A stretch of DNA of 64,000 nt, taken from positions 1,426,001-1,490,000 of the forward strand of contig CM035351.1 in the NCBI GenBank assembly GCA_020137815.1, read 5' to 3'. Both the position numbers and the translations under genes were made by a program. This DNA comes from Hormiphora californensis (taxonomy: Eukaryota > Animalia > Ctenophora). The notes below the pieces were generated by a model that did no database searches, was not told the origin of the DNA, and worked only from the letters and a program-made list of their open reading frames with translations. Below are positions 57,363 to 64,000 of the stretch, piece by piece. Each line of letters opens with the position of its first letter. The stretch's first letter is position 1.

Positions 57363-58762
57363 TCACAATCGAATTATCCGTTTTAACCTGGGGAACAGCC
57401 TGAGTGCATTCTCAGTTGTTATTCTAGCAACTTCCTCCGCAGAGCAGCCCCATAGTTCAGCTAGACGTGTTACAGTTAGTTTTAGGTTTAGAGGCGTGTT
57501 TGTAACACCCTTCTCAGGACCAAGACCAGGACTATCACTCTCCAATACTATCCTATCTCGGGGTACTGTCATTGCAACTTGCTGCTGGCTGGGGTCCCTC
57601 ACAATTGACGGGGCAACAGAGAAGTAGTGACCGTCAGCTATACCCTGATTAATCGCCTGCAGAGAGAAGGGGAGGAAGAATAGGGAGAAGGGGAGGAAGA
57701 ATAGAGAGAAGGGGAGGAAGAATGGAGAGAGGGAAAGAGAGAGAGAGACTGTGTATGTCAATAAAACTAAGCTGACATCGTGTATAGCCTGAGGAGGGTG
57801 GCTGAGTTGGCATGTTGCCCAAGTGTCAGACCATTACATCACTTACACACTCACTCACATGATGCACAGTTGTTTTGCAAACAAGCAGGGCCACAATCGT
57901 GCACGGGGGAGGCGTGTAAAGAGCTGCGTGATGTGCAAATATAGAAACAAGGGAGATGAGTAATATATGACTGGGGATTATATTCGGTAACAAGGCTGTA
58001 AACAAAGCAAGGATAAAGATATACAGGAACAGATATTATGCAGATATTAGGGGGGTCATGTCATGGCAATGAGAGGGGAGGAGGAGAAAGTTGGAGACAG
58101 AGAGAGGAATGCTAAATCTGACATGTCATCACCAACAAAGTGTGTACCTTGCGACCTCCGTCAAATGCGTGTAACAAGGCTCCCCTGACAGAGTGTTTCC
58201 TCAGTAATTCCAAGAGAGGTTTCCCAGCAGAGCGAGAGTGTAGGTTGAGAGGCAGGTCGAATCTTTTAGAAAATGCAATCTAGGCAGGTATTCAGAAATT
58301 AGCCAATTAAATTTCCGATAAACGTTATTTTCACCAGACCTGTTGCTCTAGTGCTGCCTTCTGTTCATCTCTCTCAGCGCTGGTAGGGCAGAGCCATCTA
58401 GAAAAGTCAAGACCACATTCACCAAGACAGACGGCCTTCTCGGCGTGTTGACAAAGCCAACCTTCCAGATCAAACGTGTCCTTGACAGTCAAATGCCGCT
58501 TCTGGACAAAATGTACTTATGTGAAATTCAAATAAAGATGGTTGACTAAACTAACATTTTCACCACACCCCTGAATGGGATGAAGACCCAAACCGAAACA
58601 GACGTTATTTCCTTCCAACTTGACGACATCTCCAAAATCAGTATAACTCATGCCAACATTAACGACAAATAACTCAGTTTCGTCGCATTCTTTTAGAATC
58701 GTTTCAAGTGAATCCTGAAGTTCAGAACTCGAGAGATGAGCGTGGCAATCTATCAAAACCAT
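57363..58762 (-). CDS. TATDN3: TatD-family DNase, TATDN3-like
   Basis: Exons 58762-58556, 58501-58340, 58279-58148 and 57656-57363. Motifs IDCHAH, GLHPIQ, GECGLDF, LPLNLHSRSAG, LLHAFDG, ESDSPGLGP and TENALRLF. Confidence 0.92.
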
Positions 58763-59229
58763 ATGGGACTAAAATGGGGGGAGGGGTAGAGCCTAGGTAG
58801 CCCGCAGCACCTTGCAAGTTGCATCTTGCCTAAGCCTCTATGTTAAAAATAAATAAAAATACGAGTTTAATCTGCTGCATTTATGAGGCGGTTTGTTTTT
58901 AGACGTTAACGGCAGATAAGAGTCACAAGATTGCTAGGATATCAGTATGAGCAACCTCGGGAATGTCCAGTTAGCGCACAGGCCACAGCGTGGCCAGTTT
59001 TGACCTATCACAACAGTTAGCACAGATGTGATCCCCGCGTCATAAGAGCCGTGATTGGTCAAGTAGAGTCACGCTGCACTGTGTGTGTTACTTGAACATT
59101 TCCGAGGTTGCTGAATATCTTTGAGCCTCAAAAGACAAAGTCAAAGGACACTGAACAGAGACGCTGGTCGCAGGAATTTGAAAAGTTTTAAAAAAATTTG
59201 GCATACGTTGCAGGCCCCTTATAATATAA

Positions 59230-59960
59230 TATAAGGGGCCTGGAGGGAATACCGCGCTAGGGGGGAATACATAATCAATCATATCTCCGGTTCCATATAA
59301 GGTACAGAAATCGTTTTGGTAGCGTTGGAAAGAGGAAGATAACAGCTTTCAAATGCAACCGGTTTCAGGTCTCTATCTTATCAGGAACAGGAGATATGAA
59401 CCAAACTCCGCAAAATCGAGTGCGGTAAAATCAAAATTTGAATGAAATTTTAAAAAAGGTGTCCCTGCAAGAATCTGTGACGTCACTTTTTGAAAACAAC
59501 CCATCTTTCAACGGCTATTGCTCAGCCTCCTTAAGTCCAATTAACTTCTCTCAAAAACAGCAAGGTAGATAATCGTCAGATCTAACAACTGGTGAAAGAA
59601 TCAAGTCAAACGGACTTCAGGAGCCAAAGTTATAAGCACCGCCGTTTTTTCGACCGCAAAGTTATCTTCGACCCAGCCGGGATCAGGCCAAACGCGCGCG
59701 CGGCATTCCCTCCAGTCCCCTCGTTGCGGGGGTGCGCGCATGAGGGGGCTGCAGCGCATTCCAATAAAAAAATTTGTGAAAAAATTTAAAAATCGAGAAA
59801 CAAAAACTCTGAATTTTTGAATTTGAATTATTTTCGCCGCGCGCGCGAATAAACTGCGCGGAATGTTTTTGCGCGTCACCAAATTCACCAATCATTGCGC
59901 TGACAAGCGCAACGGTGGCCGTTTATCGAGAAAACTCATGACCTGAGTCTGCACCCAAGT
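59230..59960. mobile_element. Probable DNA-transposon end or subterminal region
   Basis: Palindrome AGGCCCCTTAT...ATAAGGGGCCT (59211-59240) and paired motifs ATATCTCC/GGAGATAT and TTGGAAAG/CTTTCAAA, of the kind common in subterminal regions of DNA transposons. No partner end identified. Confidence 0.35.
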
Positions 59961-60183
59961 TGGTTTCCCATGAATATAGAAGTCAAGAGAAGCAAAATAC
60001 CAGTTCTTTTGTACGATAAAATTACATTCACATTCACAATTATATCAACGTCAAATCAAATCAAATTCAAATCAAATTCATAAATTTGCGTAACACACAG
60101 GATATTTAAAAAGATAAACCTCCTAAAAAGAGTCAATACTCAGTACACTCACAGCACAGCGACACATAACACACTAACACGCA

Positions 60184-63100
60184 TCATGGACACCACTCTA
60201 GTATTGAGTTGCTGTTTGCTTGAGCAGGATAACCGCTGATGGGGGGTGTATCCGGAATGGTAGAGAGGAAACTACCTAGCTGAGATTTGAATTGATAAAG
60301 AGTTGGGGCCTCCTTTACAGATCGAGGCAAAGTGTTCCACAACCTTGCCCCCAGTACCGCAAATGATTGTTCATATAGCGACAAGATAGATCGTTGAGCC
60401 TCGTACGAGTATCGAGGGACGACAGCTCTAGGGCCAGAGCGGTGACTGTCGACGAAACACATGTCAGTACTGTTGGGTATCTCATTGTTGTACACTTTCC
60501 ACACAAGAATCATAGTGTACCTCTCTCGTCGGCGCTGAAGCGACAAAAGTCCCAGGGTTTGAAGACGTTGCCAGTAGTTCAGCCCCTTGAGACCAACGAT
60601 CTTACGGGTGTACGATCGTTGAATATCCTCAACACGACTGATATCCCCATTTTTGGAAGGTGACCACAGTGTGCAACAGTAGTCAAGATGGGGACGCACC
60701 AGTGACTTGTAAAGAGTCATCATGGTGCGGCGAGTTCTGGATCTAAATGCACTTAACGTCCATCCAGCAACCCGACTAGCCGTGGTAACAACTCGAGATA
60801 TTTGGGCCGACCATTGACCATCACTCGAGAGTAGAACACCTAAGTCTCGGACAGTGTCTGTTGGATCGATGAACCTCCCATCAGACAGTTGATAGGAATA
60901 GTTCTCAGCACTGAACGGTACTTCTCTAAGCGAACTGGTGTGATTCAGGGTGAAATTCATGACCTCGAACTTTGACTGGTGCAAGGACATATTGTTAGCG
61001 TCAGCCCAGGTTATCACACTGTTCAGATCCTCCTGTAGGTTCAATTTGTCAACCATAGTACGGATAGCAGAGAAGATTTTAGTGTCATCAGCGAACGACA
61101 AAGAAGAACCGTGTTTGATTACGGATTCCAGGTCAATTACATAAATCAGAAATAAAAGTGGACCGAGAACAGTCCCTTGTGGGACCCCACTTCTGACTTC
61201 TGCAAAAGAAGACGCTACGCCGTCGACTAAGACCGTTTGTTTCCGGTCTAGTAGGAAGCTGCGGATCCATTCAAGGAGTTTGCCCTTAACTCCATATCTC
61301 TGCAGCTTTTCGAGAAGTATACCGATGTCAACTTTATCAAACGCCTTCTCGAAGTCCAAGTAGATTACATCCACTTCAAGAAGGTCGTTGAGATTGTTCA
61401 GAATATTGTCAATGTGACGAGTGAGTTGGGATAAGCAGCTCCTCTTGCTTCTAAACCCATGCTGAGACTCGTTAAACAAGTTCTCTGATTCAAAGTATGA
61501 CACCATTTGAGATCTTACAACCCGTTCAAATGTCTTGGCAATGTGACTGGTGAGGGAGATCGGGCGGTAATTTTCAGCTTTCATTTTAGGACCCTTTTTG
61601 TAGAGGGGTGCAATATACTGAAGTTTCAGACAGGGTGGTACAATACCAGAATCAAACGATTTGGCCCATAAGATGGATAGGGGGTATGACAGCGATGATC
61701 GGCAGTCACGTAAAATTCTGGCAGGTACATCTCCTGGAGGGCCGGCTGAATAGGGATTGAGGTCATGTAGTGCCTTTTCAATATCAGCGGTGGAGAAAAC
61801 GATGTCTGAAAGGCTGCATGTAGAAGGAGTAATGTTGTCTGCAGCTGCTGAAGGGGAGTTTGAAGGAGTGCTGAAAACAGAGGTAAATTGTGATTGAAAT
61901 AGTTCTGCCTTCATCTCGGGAACGTCCGTAAGTGACCCATCACTTTTCTGTAAAGGAGGTATACGTGACCGGGTCTTCCTCTTTCGGTTGGCGTATGACC
62001 AGAAGAATTTTGGGTTAGCTTTGAGTTTTATCAACGCCTCGTTTTCATCAGAATCAAGTCGCTGAGAAATGTGACACAAGATGGCCCAAGTAATTCTGGA
62101 AACACCAACCTCTAGCTGTGGCAAAAGGTGAGGTTTATTCTGCCGGGCAAGAGTAATCCGTTTATTCAAACTCCGCTGTTTCACTTTCAATTTCCTGAGA
62201 ATAGGGTCCCTTCTTTTTTTACGGGCCTTCTTCTTACGAGAGTGGTGAGATAAGACCTGTAGAACAGTCAGGGTGAAAAGTTGAACGAAATCAGAACCAT
62301 CACCGTCATCGCAGATGTCGGCGAGTGCTAGCCAGTCGATCTGGTCCAACTCCCTACACATTTCAGGGAAGTTAGCCTCGTGAAAGTTGTAAATATCAAA
62401 ATCCGTGAATCGATGGTCTGATTGACGAGTGGGTAAGATACCAAACCCAAGTGTAGAGCTGATCATATTATGGTCAGAAATACACGACTCCGATACCTCA
62501 GTTTTGAAGACATAGTCTGGCCGGTTGGTGAGAACGAGGTCTAGAATATTCAAGCCCCGTGTTGGAGAGTCAACAAGCTGAGTGAGAAAATATGAGTTCA
62601 CAAATTTTAGTAGCATCTGTGAGCTAGGTCCTCCAGTGAGTGTCCCCCAGTCTATGTCTGGCATATTGAAGTCGCCCATGACATAGATGTCAGGACAACC
62701 CTTGTCGAGTTCGCACTGATCAATGAAACGGGATAGATCATCAAAAAGATCATTCGCAGGGGAAGATGGCGCCCTGTACACAACACAGAAAACCGAGTGA
62801 GTCTCCTTGATGTATACAGCAGCCGCACTATTGGACGTGTCTGAGAATCTGAACTCAGAGGAAGGGGTCAGTTGATTGTTAATGTAGAGTGCACAACCGC
62901 CACCTCTTCTACCCGCTCTGTCACAACGAGTTAGGTGAAAGCCTTCAATCTCCAATTGGGCATCAGAGAAATCATCATGCCACCAGGTCTCCGTAATACC
63001 GGTGCAAAGGATGGGTATTGACGGATTCTCCAGTGAGTCCTTGATAAAAGAAAACTTCCACCGACAGTCACTAGCCGCGGAAGGCGTTAAACTGCGGGCG

Positions 63101-63327
63101 TTGATGAGGAGTAATTCCGAAACCGTTCCAGAACCCCTTGGTAGTTGGTCGGGGTGTTCAGGCCTGGTTGTGTGAGTGTCAGATGTTTGGGCCGGGGTGT
63201 GTGTTCCCTCGTCATCTCTTCCCTGAAGGACTGTAGAGATGAGTTCAGTGACGTCTTTACTTCTCGAAGAATCTCGTCCCTCACTGAGGCCATCAATGCC
63301 ATGAGAAAATCCTCTTGTGAACGGATG
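60184..63327 (-). CDS. CR1-like ORF2 (APE plus RT); frame open from 63327, with no AUG before mid-endonuclease
   Basis: Upstream of the track's TTG start (62955) the same frame encodes LLLINARSL...GITETW (APE N-terminus). It continues with GDFN, LDLV, SDH, NYRPISL, YLDFEKAFDKV, GVPQGTVLGP, FADD, LYKSLVRPHLDYC and LSLQRRRER. Confidence 0.93.
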   Translation of the reverse strand, partial: HPFTRGFSHGIDGLSEGRDSSRSKDVTELISTVLQGRDDEGTHTPAQTSDTHTTRPEHPDQLPRGSGTVSELLLINARSLTPSAASDCRWKFSFIKDSLENPSIPILCTGITETWWHDDFSDAQLEIEGFHLTRCDRAGRRGGGCALYINNQLTPSSEFRFSDTSNSAAAVYIKETHSVFCVVYRAPSSPANDLFDDLSRFIDQCELDKGCPDIYVMGDFNMPDIDWGTLTGGPSSQMLLKFVNSYFLTQLVDSPTRGLNILDLVLTNRPDYVFKTEVSESCISDHNMISSTLGFGILPTRQSDHRFTDFDIYNFHEANFPEMCRELDQIDWLALADICDDGDGSDFVQLFTLTVLQVLSHHSRKKKARKKRRDPILRKLKVKQRSLNKRITLARQNKPHLLPQLEVGVSRITWAILCHISQRLDSDENEALIKLKANPKFFWSYANRKRKTRSRIPPLQKSDGSLTDVPEMKAELFQSQFTSVFSTPSNSPSAAADNITPSTCSLSDIVFSTADIEKALHDLNPYSAGPPGDVPARILRDCRSSLSYPLSILWAKSFDSGIVPPCLKLQYIAPLYKKGPKMKAENYRPISLTSHIAKTFERVVRSQMVSYFESENLFNESQHGFRSKRSCLSQLTRHIDNILNNLNDLLEVDVIYLDFEKAFDKVDIGILLEKLQRYGVKGKLLEWIRSFLLDRKQTVLVDGVASSFAEVRSGVPQGTVLGPLLFLIYVIDLESVIKHGSSLSFADDTKIFSAIRTMVDKLNLQEDLNSVITWADANNMSLHQSKFEVMNFTLNHTSSLREVPFSAENYSYQLSDGRFIDPTDTVRDLGVLLSSDGQWSAQISRVVTTASRVAGWTLSAFRSRTRRTMMTLYKSLVRPHLDYCCTLWSPSKNGDISRVEDIQRSYTRKIVGLKGLNYWQRLQTLGLLSLQRRRERYTMILVWKVYNNEIPNSTDMCFVDSHRSGPRAVVPRYSYEAQRSILSLYEQSFAVLGARLWNTLPRSVKEAPTLYQFKSQLGSFLSTIPDTPPISGYPAQANSNSILEWCP

Positions 63328-63791
63328 TCATTGGTCGCGGCACGGGGATCGGTCTCAGTTTTGTTAATCTTCTTCTTCTTCTTCTTCTTTGGGTTTGGAG
63401 GAGCTGAGCGAGGGGTCTCTTTCTGCTCCACTTTCTGAGGGACACCACTGGTTTTGTTACCAGCAGTCTTCAATGAATTACCCTTGGTAGGGGCTACTTC
63501 ACTTCTCCGAGTGTTCTTTAAATGTGTGTCTTTACATTCTTTGTCGGTACAGACTCGGGAGATCTCAGACTTATGGCAGAGAGGTGGGTGAAAATCCTGG
63601 CACTGGTCACCATAGTTACACCCAGAACGAGTTGCCGTTCCGAACTGACAATAACGGAGGCATCTCTGGGGATGTTCCTTGCTGCAAGGCTTACCACTGA
63701 TCAACTTGTCACCATTTGGGCCATGGGGACAGTCTCTCAGTAGATAACGTTCACAAACATTGCTGAATTTAGGAACACCTTGGGGTTTCAC
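63087..63791 (-). CDS. CR1-like ORF1 fragment with tandem CCCH zinc fingers
   Basis: CERYLLRDCPHG...CSKEHP, CLRYC...GCNYGDQCQDFHP, LCHKS...CTDKECKDTH, followed by a Lys-rich linker. 5'-truncated. Confidence 0.8.
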   Translation of the reverse strand: MKPQGVPKFSNVCERYLLRDCPHGPNGDKLISGKPCSKEHPQRCLRYCQFGTATRSGCNYGDQCQDFHPPLCHKSEISRVCTDKECKDTHLKNTRRSEVAPTKGNSLKTAGNKTSGVPQKVEQKETPRSAPPNPKKKKKKKINKTETDPRAATNDIRSQEDFLMALMASVRDEILREVKTSLNSSLQSFREEMTREHTPRPKHLTLTQPGLNTPTNYQGVLERFRNYSSSTPAV

Positions 63792-64000
63792 CTCTCCGTA
63801 TCAAAATTTGATTCAAATTGAAATCAATAATCAAATCTAAGTCATCATCATTATCAATAAATCATATGTTTATCTTCACAAAATAGCTTCTAGTTCTACA
63901 TGCTCTAACTAACTAGAATATTAAAACTATGGGATCACTTCTTCCCTGGCGGCCCTCATGAGGTGCCGTCTCCCTCTGTTATACACACAGTGACTACACT

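Larger units (their letters stand above)
60051..63800 (-). mobile_element. 5'-truncated CR1-like LINE with an (ATTTG)n-like tail
   Basis: ORF1 and ORF2 present. TCAAA(T) repeats at 60051-60080 form the 3' tail. The ORF1 frame is closed by a TGA three codons upstream of the track's GTG start, indicating truncation at about 63800. Confidence 0.88.

Noticed and set aside
63925-64000. Possible C-terminus of a minus-strand ORF (CSHCVYNRGRRHLMRAAREEVIP*)
   Set aside because: Too short and cut by the window edge to assign.

Overview
Eukaryotic (animal) genomic DNA with many short GT-AG introns and GA/CA microsatellites. The style suggests a compact invertebrate genome, possibly a ctenophore, but that is inference only. 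Host genes: the 3' part of an axonemal dynein heavy chain, DNAH2-like (+, 24 exons visible); ERGIC-53/LMAN1 (-); a small Ly6/three-finger-like GPI-anchor candidate (+); an RBM5/10-like splicing factor (-); a GKAP/DLGAP-domain gene (-); and TATDN3 (-). Mobile DNA: an intact-looking L2-group LINE, a 5'-truncated CR1-like LINE, a degraded R4/Dong-like RLE retrotransposon interrupted by a foldback element, several MITEs and a 27-bp G-rich minisatellite. About 22.6-37.9 kb is homopolymer-corrupted and probably low-quality consensus. Best leads: (1) both clean LINEs have ORF2 in the -1 frame with no usable AUG and an in-phase slippery heptamer (G_GAU_UUU with a downstream hairpin; A_AAA_AAC), suggesting programmed -1 frameshifting; (2) a tandem array that multiplies the LMAN1 acceptor and start codon into uORFs; (3) an alternative MGCC-polybasic N-terminus for the GKAP-domain protein; (4) splice acceptors immediately upstream of the start codon of each of the four minus-strand host genes, compatible with SL trans-splicing.
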